Assembly (NCBI RefSeq): GCF_003945235.1
Contig: NZ_RSDW01000001.1
Span: 1,770,001 to 1,802,000, forward strand
Direction: 5' to 3'
Length of the DNA: 32,000 bases
From: Edaphobacter aggregans
GTDB taxonomy: Bacteria > Acidobacteriota > Terriglobia > Terriglobales > Acidobacteriaceae
Positions 17,136 through 25,750 of this stretch are shown here, one piece after another. Both the position numbers and the translations under genes were made by a program. The notes under the pieces are model-generated. The model was not told where the DNA came from, did not search any database, and saw only the letters and a list, made by a program, of their open reading frames with translations. Positions within the stretch are counted from its first letter, which is position 1. The number at the start of each line of letters is the position of its first letter.

Positions 17136-17645
17136 ATGATTCCCTCCAGAGCTTTTCTTAAATACACACGTGTGACCCATCTCTACCTTGGTGTCTTCAT
17201 TGCTCCCGCGCTGTTTTTCTTTGCCTTTACCGGAGCGCTCCAAACCTTCAGCCTCCACGAAACCACTCGTGGCAGCAGCTACAAACCCCCAGCCTGGGCC
17301 ATGACCTTGGCTCAAATACACAAAAAACAGACCACTGTCGTCCCGGTCAGAAAACTTCCCCCACCCGAAAAGGGCGATAAGGCAGACAGGGTCGCGGCGA
17401 CACCGTCTGCACCTGTGAGCGCCCCTACAGCCGGAGCCTCCGTCCCAGCCCCGGCGTCCACACCTTCGTCAAAGCTGCACAACGCGATGCCGCTGAAGAT
17501 CTTCTTCCTCATCGTGTCTATCGGCCTGTTTCTATCGACCCTCTCCGGCCTCTACATGTCCTACAAGTACATCCACAACAAGACTCTGATCACCGTCACA
17601 CTGATCGCTGGAATCGCACTTCCAGTAATCCTGGCCATGGTTTAG
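17136..17645 (+). CDS. hypothetical membrane protein, PepSY-associated-TM-like N-terminus
   Basis: The ATG at 17136 is preferred over the track TTG at 17118. The N-terminal TM (THLYLGVFIAPALFFFAFTGALQTFSLHE) resembles the PepSY_TM helix motif. A central Pro/Ala-rich linker is followed by two C-terminal TM helices. Confidence 0.6.
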   Translation: MIPSRAFLKYTRVTHLYLGVFIAPALFFFAFTGALQTFSLHETTRGSSYKPPAWAMTLAQIHKKQTTVVPVRKLPPPEKGDKADRVAATPSAPVSAPTAGASVPAPASTPSSKLHNAMPLKIFFLIVSIGLFLSTLSGLYMSYKYIHNKTLITVTLIAGIALPVILAMV

Positions 17646-17697
17646 CCGACGTCTTTGGTTCGCGGCGGTACCAAAATCAAGCCGCGAACCAGTCGGC
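17645..17697 (+). terminator. long GC-rich hairpin downstream of the membrane-protein gene
   Basis: gccgac (17645-17650) pairs with gtcggc (17692-17697), and ggttcgcggc (17657-17666) pairs with gccgcgaacc (17681-17690). No clear T-tract. Confidence 0.4.
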
Positions 17698-17719
17698 TCA
17701 CCCGAACGTACTTCACCTG

Positions 17720-18931
17720 ATGAAGAGTCCCGTCTCCGTCGCGGTGCTGTTTTCGTTCATTCTAGCGCCTGTCTTGCTCGCACAGCAGCCGCAACCAAAG
17801 CCGACGATCCCCTCTATTCAACGCCTCGACGGCACTCGCATCTCCATCGCCGAAGCCGAGCGCTTTGCTCAAAAGACTTTGGACAGCTCAAACGTCACAG
17901 GCGCGCAGATCGCAATAATCGACCATGGCAAGCGGGTCTGGGTTCACAGCTTCGGCTTGCGCGACCGCGACAGGCAGCTCCCCATGGACAACGACACTGC
18001 CATGTGGGCCGCCTCTATCACCAAAAGCGTCTTCGCCTGTTTCGTCATGCAGATGGTTGAATCTGGCGAGCTCAACCTCGACGCTTCCATCGCCACTTAT
18101 CTCCCCAAGCCTCTGCCCGAGTACGAGAAATACAAAGACCTCGCCGGCGACGACCGCTGGCGAAAGATCACTCCCCGTATACTGCTCTCCCACACGGCTG
18201 GCTTCGCCAACTTCACAGCACTCGAACCCGACGGCAAACTGCACATTCACTGGGAGCCGGGCACCCGCTACGCCTACTCCGGTGAAGGCATCAATCTGCT
18301 GCAATTCGTGATCGAGCAAAAGACCGGCCGCTCCTTGGCAGACATGGAACAGGAACGACTCTTCTCCCCGCTAGGCATGGAACACACTAGTCTGGTCTGG
18401 CAGCCAAAATTTGCAGCCGACATCGCGGGCGGCCATGACCCTACGGGCAAATACATCGGCTACTCCGAGCGAACGACCCCTCGCGCAGCAGGCTCGATGA
18501 TCACCACCATCAACGACCTCACCACCTTCACCGAAGCCCTCCTCGCCGGTAAGGTCATACGACCCGAAACCCGGAACGAGATGTTCAAGCCTGTCGTCTT
18601 CATTCCCTTCAAGCACCAATTCCCCACCCTGTTGGACGAGCAAGGCGCCGAGGGCCCCTCAGTCGGGCTCGCTTACGGCACAGGCTGGGGCCTATTGACG
18701 AAGACGAAATACGGCCCGGCTTTTTTCAAAGAAGGCCATGGCGACGGCGCCCAGAACTACATGATCTGCTTCGTGCGCAGCTCCACCTGCATGATCCTGC
18801 TCACCAACAGCGACAACGGCGAGTTTGCCTTTCGCCCGCTGCTCGAGACAATCCTCGGCGACACCGTAACCCCCTGGGAGTGGGAGAACTATACGCCAGC
18901 CGGCATCATGGAAGCGCGCAAACACAACTAG
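17720..18931 (+). CDS. serine hydrolase, beta-lactamase/transpeptidase-like (class C family)
   Basis: 403 aa with a signal peptide (VAVLFSFILAPVLLAQ) and the S-x-x-K motif in AASITKSVFA. Overall pattern matches beta-lactamase-related serine hydrolases. Confidence 0.85.
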   Translation: MKSPVSVAVLFSFILAPVLLAQQPQPKPTIPSIQRLDGTRISIAEAERFAQKTLDSSNVTGAQIAIIDHGKRVWVHSFGLRDRDRQLPMDNDTAMWAASITKSVFACFVMQMVESGELNLDASIATYLPKPLPEYEKYKDLAGDDRWRKITPRILLSHTAGFANFTALEPDGKLHIHWEPGTRYAYSGEGINLLQFVIEQKTGRSLADMEQERLFSPLGMEHTSLVWQPKFAADIAGGHDPTGKYIGYSERTTPRAAGSMITTINDLTTFTEALLAGKVIRPETRNEMFKPVVFIPFKHQFPTLLDEQGAEGPSVGLAYGTGWGLLTKTKYGPAFFKEGHGDGAQNYMICFVRSSTCMILLTNSDNGEFAFRPLLETILGDTVTPWEWENYTPAGIMEARKHN

Positions 18932-18959
18932 TCCGCGCAACGCGATGGATCAAAAATCG

Positions 18960-19766
18960 CTAGTAAGCGAACGTAAGACGCACAGCATCGCCTTTGCTCA
19001 CCCGATGCCCAGCCAGCGGTGTCTGTGCCACAACAGTGCCGCTGGAAGCCAAAGGCGTTGCGGTCGAAACAGCTGGGCCGCCTAGCGCGGGCGGAGCTGT
19101 GGAGACCGCAGAACCTGGAACTGTCGCTGCCGATGCGACGTTCGACGCTGCAGCACGTTGCTCCTCTTCGCTGACGATATGAAGTCCGGCAGCAGAAGCC
19201 CGAGCTGCAGCAACAGCCACCGAGAGGCCCGTCAGCGACGGCATCACAAAAGCCGGAGGCGACACAGCGGCATCGCTGAGCAGCAAGCTTACCCGTGGCT
19301 GTTCAACCCCAACAGCATTAGGATTCGGCGTCTGCGCAACGACAATACCCCCCTCTCCCGCGACTGGGATCGAAGCAACCGTACCAAGATCAAGCGAAAG
19401 CCGCCGGATGTTGATCGACGCCGTACGCTCACTCTGTCCTGCAACATTGGGGATGGAAACCTGCTGCGGCCCCAGGCTCTCCGTGACGCGCACAGCCCAT
19501 GCACGACGCACCGTAGTTCCGGCTGCTGGAGACTGCGCCAGAATATTCCCCGCAGGCGTGTCGGCTGAGTAGAAGCGGTTCTCTACGTTCAACCGCAGCC
19601 CCATCGAACTAGCCTTTCGACTCGCATCTGACAGGCTCAATCCGGCAATATTCGGAACCTTGACCTCGCGGCCATGGATCGCCATTCGCATCGTAATAAA
19701 CGCCGACACCATAGCGACAGCCAGCATGGCCAACGCACCGAGTACGAGATTGAAAAATCGCTTCAT
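18960..19766 (-). CDS. PASTA-domain membrane-anchored protein
   Basis: 268 aa with an N-terminal TM anchor. Repeated PASTA-like units follow (VKVPNIAGLSLSDASRKASSMGLRL...; VSIPNVAGQSERTASINIRRLSLDLG...; FVMPSLTGLSVAVAAARASAAGLHI...). Confidence 0.8.
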   Translation of the reverse strand: MKRFFNLVLGALAMLAVAMVSAFITMRMAIHGREVKVPNIAGLSLSDASRKASSMGLRLNVENRFYSADTPAGNILAQSPAAGTTVRRAWAVRVTESLGPQQVSIPNVAGQSERTASINIRRLSLDLGTVASIPVAGEGGIVVAQTPNPNAVGVEQPRVSLLLSDAAVSPPAFVMPSLTGLSVAVAAARASAAGLHIVSEEEQRAAASNVASAATVPGSAVSTAPPALGGPAVSTATPLASSGTVVAQTPLAGHRVSKGDAVRLTFAY

Positions 19767-19791
19767 CTACTCGCTAGGATACAGAAGGAAA

Positions 19792-21234
19792 TCACCGCCG
19801 GTTATCGGTAGCAGGTTCAGGATGGATCAGCAGTCGGCTGACCTCAGGAGCGTCGAGCTTAAAGGCGTTTTCAAGCGCAGTAATAACCGCGTGGACCTCC
19901 GCCATGGGCAGGTCGTCGGGCAGCGTACAGTGACAACTCACCTGAATACGTTCATGCATCCTGGAGACCATCACCTCATGAATATCGAGAATCTCGGGAA
20001 AGCCGCTAGCGGCACGGCGCAGTCGAACCTCCAACTGACGGTCGCGCTCAAGCGAAGCGGGACGTTCAATCGTCGCAGGCTCGCTCTCAATATGCGTCAG
20101 CACCGACGCAATAGCAGGAATCTCGCGGCGCATCTCCGACTCCAGCTGCGTGGCAAGCGCATGAGCATCACGCAACGACATGCGCTCATCCACCTCCAGG
20201 TGTTGTTCAACATGCAGCGTGCCATCGTACTCCTGTACACTCACATCGTGGATGACGAGATTCGAGCGCGCCGCAACAGCACGAATCCGGTCATGAACGC
20301 TCTCCGCTACCGAAGCCGTAGGAATGGAATGAACGACAACATCAGCCCCCGGCAGATGACGCTGCACCGCAGCCGTAGCAGCCATAGTGATCTGTTCGGA
20401 ACGCTGAAAAGTAAGATTGCGCGGCATGCCCAGCGTGACATCAGCAAAGTAACTCGGGCCAGAGCGACGAGTGCGAACACGATCGACCGACAAAACACCG
20501 TCGATCGCAGCCAACTCGCGTACGAGATCGCTGGTTTGGGCGCGAGTCTCGCTGGGAGTGGCATCTGTAAGAGTATCGATAGTTCGCCGCGCAAGCTTCC
20601 ACGTCACACGCAGGATAACTCCGGAGACAACAATCGCAGCAATAGGGTCGGCGAGTTCCAGCGCTGGAATATTCATGCGCGCGCCAAGGAACGTGGCAGC
20701 TAACCCAAACAGCACCGCCAGCGAAGACCAGATATCGGTGGAGAAGTGGATCGCATCGGCCTCCAGCGCTTCACTGTTGTACTGCTGCGCGACACTATGC
20801 AGATTGCGTGAACGCGTGAAGTCGACCGTGATCGAAAGCAAAAGAACGGCGAAAGGCCAGATCGAGAACGTGAGCGAGAAGCGCTCATGAAAAAAAATTC
20901 GCCGGACAGCCTCAGTAAGGATCCACACGCAGGACCCCAGCATAAGCACTGTCTCAACGAAGGCAGCGAGACTTTCGATCTTGCCATGCCCATAGTTATG
21001 GCTCTCATCCGCCGGACGGTCGGAAACACGAATCGAGAAGAAAGTGATCGCGGAAGCAACAAGGTCGATGCTGGAGTGCGCGCCCTCCGACAACATGCCA
21101 AGCGAGCCGGTAAGTACACCGGTAAGGATCTTAAGCGCCGTAATAACCAATGCTGCGAGAACCGACACCAGCGCAGCCGAACGCTTAGCCGTGTGCTTAT
21201 GTTCGATCTCTTCGGGAGTAGCCGTAGGTGTCAT
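19792..21234 (-). CDS. cation diffusion facilitator (CDF) transporter with three tandem C-terminal cytoplasmic domains
   Basis: 480 aa. The TM region carries the HxxxD metal-site motifs (GAHSSIDLV in TM2, IHFSTDIWS in TM5). Three consecutive CDF-CTD-like modules follow instead of one. Confidence 0.88.
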   Translation of the reverse strand: MTPTATPEEIEHKHTAKRSAALVSVLAALVITALKILTGVLTGSLGMLSEGAHSSIDLVASAITFFSIRVSDRPADESHNYGHGKIESLAAFVETVLMLGSCVWILTEAVRRIFFHERFSLTFSIWPFAVLLLSITVDFTRSRNLHSVAQQYNSEALEADAIHFSTDIWSSLAVLFGLAATFLGARMNIPALELADPIAAIVVSGVILRVTWKLARRTIDTLTDATPSETRAQTSDLVRELAAIDGVLSVDRVRTRRSGPSYFADVTLGMPRNLTFQRSEQITMAATAAVQRHLPGADVVVHSIPTASVAESVHDRIRAVAARSNLVIHDVSVQEYDGTLHVEQHLEVDERMSLRDAHALATQLESEMRREIPAIASVLTHIESEPATIERPASLERDRQLEVRLRRAASGFPEILDIHEVMVSRMHERIQVSCHCTLPDDLPMAEVHAVITALENAFKLDAPEVSRLLIHPEPATDNRR

Positions 21235-21265
21235 GGAAGTGAAGCTACATAAATAAAGCTGCTCA

Positions 21266-22057
21266 CTATTTTACGGACTGGGGCTTAGTTGCCTGATACA
21301 ACCCTGCAGTCCCGAAAGTGTAGCCTGTCCACCTGCCCTGCGTGAAGCCCGTATTCGCAATAAGTTGGAGCATACGCGGAGGCCGCGGAAACCGCTCGAC
21401 CGAAGCAGGCAGATAGCTGTATGCCCGCGCGTTACCGGAGATAAGCCCACCCAGCCGAGGCAGGATCGATTTGAAGTAGAGATTGTAGAGCGCACCCACG
21501 ATACCGTCAGGCTGATTGCAATCAAGAATCCCAATCTGACCACCAGGCCGCAGCACACGATAAAGTTCAGCGAGCCCTTCCTCATAGTTGGCAAGATTGC
21601 GAAAACCAAACGCCGAGGTGATCAGATCAATAGAGTTATCGGCAAGCGGCAGATGCAGCGCATCGGCCTCAATCGCCACGATGTTATGCGCGGCAAACTT
21701 CTCGGCCCCACGCGCAAGCATCTGATGAGAGAAATCCAACGCCAAAATTGGAGCAGTATCGGTACTCGTCGGACGATGCTTTAGCAGCGCAAGCGTCATA
21801 TCCCCAGTCCCGCAGCAGAGATCGAGCGCCACAGCCGTCGGTCGCTGAAGAACAGGCCGGAAGACGCTCGCCGCCCGACTCCACCACCAGCGATCAAGCC
21901 CAACCGAGAGCACATGGTTCAGCAAATCGTACTTCGGCGCGATCGTATCGAACATCTCCTGAACCGCCGCGGCTGCGGTGCTCTCATCCGCCGCCCCAAC
22001 AGGCCGCGCCCCAGTCGACGATTGATGTTCAGGTTCGCGTTGCATCGAAGCAATCAT
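21266..22057 (-). CDS. ubiE: demethylmenaquinone/ubiquinone C-methyltransferase
   Basis: 263 aa with [24 protein letters not shown] and the SAM-binding DLCCGTGD, characteristic of UbiE/MenG. Its ATG overlaps the aroB stop (ATGA at 22054-22057). Confidence 0.9.
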   Translation of the reverse strand: MIASMQREPEHQSSTGARPVGAADESTAAAAVQEMFDTIAPKYDLLNHVLSVGLDRWWWSRAASVFRPVLQRPTAVALDLCCGTGDMTLALLKHRPTSTDTAPILALDFSHQMLARGAEKFAAHNIVAIEADALHLPLADNSIDLITSAFGFRNLANYEEGLAELYRVLRPGGQIGILDCNQPDGIVGALYNLYFKSILPRLGGLISGNARAYSYLPASVERFPRPPRMLQLIANTGFTQGRWTGYTFGTAGLYQATKPQSVK

Positions 22058-23211
22058 GACTTACGCTTCTTCGGTGCACCCGTCGCGTGTTTAGACGTAT
22101 GCGCACGCATCAGAAGGAGCATCGATTCAGTAGCAGCTAAAAGCTCCGCATCCGTAACATCCTTGACGATCTGCGTCGTACCGATCCCACTAGGCAGCAC
22201 AAACGACCTCACTCCACTGCGCGTCTTCTTGTCGCTGGAAGTGAGCGCAACAAGCTTCGCCGCATCCGCCTTGAAAGCAGGCAAAGGCCCATACCGCAAA
22301 ATCAGTCCAGTAATACGTTCGGCCTGCTGCCCCGTAATCATCCTGCGTCCGAGCGCAACATTAAGCGCCGCAATACTACCCCACGCAACAGCCTCACCAT
22401 GCAGAAGCTGCTTGTAATTCGTCGCAGCCTCAATAGCATGGCCAATCGTATGCCCAAAGTTCAGGATCATGCGCAATCCCGACTCGCGCTCATCCTTGCT
22501 GACAACATCCGCCTTCACTCGTACAGAAGAGGCCACAACCTTAGTAAGCGCAGCAGCCTCGCCCGACAGCACAGCCGTAGCATTCTGCTCAAGATAACGA
22601 AACAGCCGCGGATCATAAATCACACCCGCCTTGATCGACTCCTGCAACCCAGCACGAAGTTCAGCTGCTGGTAGAGTGTGAAGCAAATCCGTATCGGCGA
22701 ACACAGCCTGCGGATGATGAAAACTCCCAATCAGATTCTTCCCAGCCACAAGATTCACGCCCGTCTTCCCACCAACCGACGAATCCACCTGCGCAAGCAG
22801 CGTAGTCGGAACCTGCACATACCGAATGCCCCGCATATAAATCGCTGCAAGAAATCCTGTAACGTCCCCAATCACTCCACCACCAAACGCAATCAAAAGA
22901 CTGTCGCGGTCAGCTCCCGCCGTAGCCAGTTGCTGAGCAAGAGCCTCAACACCCGCCATGCGCTTATGCGTCTCCCCGGCAGGAAGAAAAAGAGCAATCG
23001 GCGGCTCTTTGAAAGACGCCAAAAACTGCGAATGCCACAGCCCCCAGATCTCAGGCGAGGTAACAACAAAGGGCCGAAACGCCTTCCCCTTGTTGAGTTT
23101 CGCAATACGCGAAGAAAGCGTACGAAGAAGACCGGAACCAATCGTAATGTCGTAGTTAGCGCTGGGCGTTTTGAGCGAGATCACAGGCACAATACCTCCA
23201 TCGTATCGCAC
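22054..23211 (-). CDS. aroB: 3-dehydroquinate synthase
   Basis: 385 aa with [44 protein letters not shown] and HGEAVA motifs. GTG start at 23211. It has a short basic C-terminal tail. Confidence 0.92.
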   Translation of the reverse strand: MRYDGGIVPVISLKTPSANYDITIGSGLLRTLSSRIAKLNKGKAFRPFVVTSPEIWGLWHSQFLASFKEPPIALFLPAGETHKRMAGVEALAQQLATAGADRDSLLIAFGGGVIGDVTGFLAAIYMRGIRYVQVPTTLLAQVDSSVGGKTGVNLVAGKNLIGSFHHPQAVFADTDLLHTLPAAELRAGLQESIKAGVIYDPRLFRYLEQNATAVLSGEAAALTKVVASSVRVKADVVSKDERESGLRMILNFGHTIGHAIEAATNYKQLLHGEAVAWGSIAALNVALGRRMITGQQAERITGLILRYGPLPAFKADAAKLVALTSSDKKTRSGVRSFVLPSGIGTTQIVKDVTDAELLAATESMLLLMRAHTSKHATGAPKKRKS

Positions 23212-23248
23212 GCATTCAGCAAGAGTTGCCCAGTAGTAGCATCGAAGT

Positions 23249-24787
23249 ATGGATCAGGTTGATTTTCTTGTAATCGGCGCAGGCATCGCAGGCCTAAGTG
23301 CTGCGATTCGCCTAGCCAACGCGGGCCGTGTATTGGTAGTAACCAAAGAAGAGCTAGCCGAGTCGAACACAGCCTACGCGCAAGGCGGCATCGCCGTAGC
23401 CATGGGTGGCGAGGAAGACATCGCGCTACACCTCGAAGACACCATAGCCGCAGGCGACGGCCTCGTAAACCGTGAAGCCGCGTCAGTCCTCGTCGAACAA
23501 GGCCCCCAGCGCGTCGACGAACTCCTTCAGTGGGGCACCGCCTTCGATCGCGAAAACGGCGAGCTCATGTTGACCATGGAAGGCGCACACAGCCGCTCAC
23601 GAATCCTGCACGCCAACGGCGACGCAACCGGCAAAGAGATCGCCGTCTCCCTTCTCCGCCACGCACGCCAGATCAAATCCATCGAACTGATGGAGTGGGC
23701 CACCAGCATCGACCTCATTCTCGAAAACGGCCGCGCAGTCGGCGCCACTCTGCTCGACGGCGAAGGCGGCCTCATTGTGATTCGCGCACGAGCCGTACTC
23801 CTCGCCAGCGGCGGCGCAGGGCAGGTCTACAGCGACACCACCAACCCAGCCGTAGCCACCGGCGACGGCATCGCCATGGCCTACCGTGCCGGCGCGCAAG
23901 TCAGCGACATGGAGTTCTACCAATTCCATCCCACAGCCTTCGCCGCCCCCGGAGCCCCACGCTTCCTCCTCAGCGAAGCCCTGCGCGGCGAAGGAGCCTA
24001 CCTCGTCAACGCCGCAGGCGAGCGCTTCATGCAGCGCTATCACCCGCTGCTCGAACTAGCCCCTCGCGACGTCGTCGCCCGAGCCATCACACGCGAAGGC
24101 ATGGACGGTCCCGTCTACCTCGACATGCGCCACGTCAAGAAAGACCTCCACACACGCTTCCCCGGCATATCGAAGTTCCTCGCAAAATATCACCTCGAAC
24201 TAGGCAGAGATCTGATCCCCGTCCGTCCCGCAGCCCACTACCTCATGGGAGGCATTCGCACCGACGTTCACGGCCGAACATCTCTGCCCGGCCTCTATGC
24301 CGCTGGCGAAGCAGCCTGCACCGGCGTCCACGGAGCCAACCGCCTCGCCAGCAACTCCCTCCTCGAAGGCCTCGTCTTTGGATCCCTCACAGCCAAGGCA
24401 ATGATCGCCGACGCCCCGCCAGCAAGCGAAAACCCACTTCCTGCCCCTTCAACGATCGCCCGGGGCATCACCAACGAAGCCGCAACCGAACAATGGATCA
24501 ACGAGCTACGCAATCTGATGTGGAAGCACGCCGGTCTACTACGTGATGCCGCCGGTCTGCTACAGGCGCAGCGCGGCCTCGACGCACTGGCAGCCGCAAT
24601 GCCACGAGGAACCTACCGCCGCGCCATCGAAGCCCGAAATCTCTACACCGTCGCGAGCATAATCGTAGCCTCGGCATTGGCACGGCAAGAGAGCCGCGGC
24701 GCGCACTACCGAAACGATTTCCCCCAGAAGGACGCCGGAGCGCGACACTCAATCATCGAACGAGGCCAGCTTCAGTTCGTCGAGTAA
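23249..24787 (+). CDS. nadB: L-aspartate oxidase
   Basis: 512 aa with the FAD-binding [15 protein letters not shown], plus [31 protein letters not shown] and RGAHYR motifs typical of NadB. Confidence 0.93.
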   Translation: MDQVDFLVIGAGIAGLSAAIRLANAGRVLVVTKEELAESNTAYAQGGIAVAMGGEEDIALHLEDTIAAGDGLVNREAASVLVEQGPQRVDELLQWGTAFDRENGELMLTMEGAHSRSRILHANGDATGKEIAVSLLRHARQIKSIELMEWATSIDLILENGRAVGATLLDGEGGLIVIRARAVLLASGGAGQVYSDTTNPAVATGDGIAMAYRAGAQVSDMEFYQFHPTAFAAPGAPRFLLSEALRGEGAYLVNAAGERFMQRYHPLLELAPRDVVARAITREGMDGPVYLDMRHVKKDLHTRFPGISKFLAKYHLELGRDLIPVRPAAHYLMGGIRTDVHGRTSLPGLYAAGEAACTGVHGANRLASNSLLEGLVFGSLTAKAMIADAPPASENPLPAPSTIARGITNEAATEQWINELRNLMWKHAGLLRDAAGLLQAQRGLDALAAAMPRGTYRRAIEARNLYTVASIIVASALARQESRGAHYRNDFPQKDAGARHSIIERGQLQFVE

Positions 24788-24886
24788 GCCCTCGCAAACT
24801 CCCGCAACAGGGGCAGCGCCTCGTGAGACGATGTGTGATGCCTCGGCGAACAGGGTTTCAAAAATGCAACGCAAGGAGCGTCGCCC

Positions 24887-25288
24887 ATGTCTAATATCGA
24901 ACTCGCCACACCCCAATACCCCTTCAGCCCAGGCCTCTTGCTAGGCGACACCCTCTACGTCAGCGGACATCTGGGCATCGATCTCGCGACCGGCAAACGT
25001 CCCGCAGACCTCGAATCCGAGGCACGCGTCATGATGGACGCTTTTCAGCGCACCATCCAGGCCTCGCACATGCTCATGGACGATCTCGTCTCGGTAACGG
25101 TCTACTGCACAGACCTCTCAGCCTTCGCGACCTTCAACAGCATCTACGTGCAATACTTCCAGCCTCCCTATCCCGCACGCGCATTCATCGGCGCTCCCAG
25201 GCTCCTCCTCGACACCCACTTCGAAATCCAGGGAATCGCCGTAAAGGACGCCCACAAGACCAAAGCCGCGACGCCCATCTCTGGCTGA
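24887..25288 (+). CDS. RidA/YjgF-family reactive-intermediate deaminase
   Basis: 133 aa with AAGGAG 8 nt upstream. The pattern GDTLYVSGHLGID...VTVYCTDLSAFATFNSIY...PARAFIG...IEIQGIAV matches the RidA fold family. Confidence 0.88.
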   Translation: MSNIELATPQYPFSPGLLLGDTLYVSGHLGIDLATGKRPADLESEARVMMDAFQRTIQASHMLMDDLVSVTVYCTDLSAFATFNSIYVQYFQPPYPARAFIGAPRLLLDTHFEIQGIAVKDAHKTKAATPISG

Positions 25289-25308
25289 TGCCTGCAGCCA
25301 TACCCCAA

Positions 25309-25496
25309 CGTCGGATCCCGCAGGGATCTGCCGTTGTCGTTGCAGTTGCAATTGCAGTTGCTGTTGCAGTTCTTGTTTGTCATCCCGCAGGGATCTGCTT
25401 CTGCCGTCGTCGTTGTAGTTGCCGTTGCATCGAGGTACCCCAAGGCTTCAGCCTTGGGTCTCTCTCCTCGAGCAAGAAAAGGGGCTTTAGCCCCTG
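25309..25496. repeat. cluster of intergenic repeat elements (two copies of a palindromic core with hexamer tracts, then two hairpins)
   Basis: The 17-nt core atcccgcagggatctgc is identical at 25315-25331 and 25382-25398 and contains the palindrome atccc-gca-gggat. An imperfect hexamer tract gcagtt gcaatt gcagtt gctgtt gcagtt cttgtt spans 25342-25377. Hairpins are cccaaggc/gccttggg (25439-25458) and aggggc/gcccct (25480-25495). Confidence 0.55.
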
Positions 25497-25620
25497 GAGT
25501 ATGCCTTCCTATCCCAGCCCAAAACCTTGTCAAGCCCCCGGCCCACTTATCTCCCACATTCCAAAGCACATCCCCGTGCCGAATCATTCCCCTCCACCCA
25601 CTAAAATAGAACCAGACACA

Positions 25621-25655
25621 AAAAGAGCCCTCAGGCGAAAGCCGGGGGCTCTTTG
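25621..25655. terminator. strong hairpin with GAAA loop, flanked by an A-tract and T-rich sequence
   Basis: aaagagccc (25622-25630) pairs with gggctcttt (25646-25654), with inner ggc-gaaa-gcc. On the minus strand the stem is followed by TTTTT; on the plus strand by gcattt. It may therefore act in either direction. Confidence 0.5.
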
Positions 25656-25750
25656 CATTTAACCCACAGACAAAAAACCAGAAGTCCAGACCTAAACCAT
25701 TTATTTCGAAGACTTTGAGACCTTACGTCCACCAGGGGGGAGTACCCATC

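Noticed and set aside
19660-20703. 347-aa plus-strand ORF across the PASTA/CDF genes
   Set aside because: It spans an intergenic gap and two real minus-strand genes, has an Arg-rich junk-like sequence, and the CDF motifs are on the other strand.
25168-25587. 139-aa minus-strand ORF containing NCNSNCNCNCN
   Set aside because: The odd peptide is simply the translation of the hexamer tract and palindromic repeat elements, and the ORF overlaps the RidA gene end. No start context or domain supports it.
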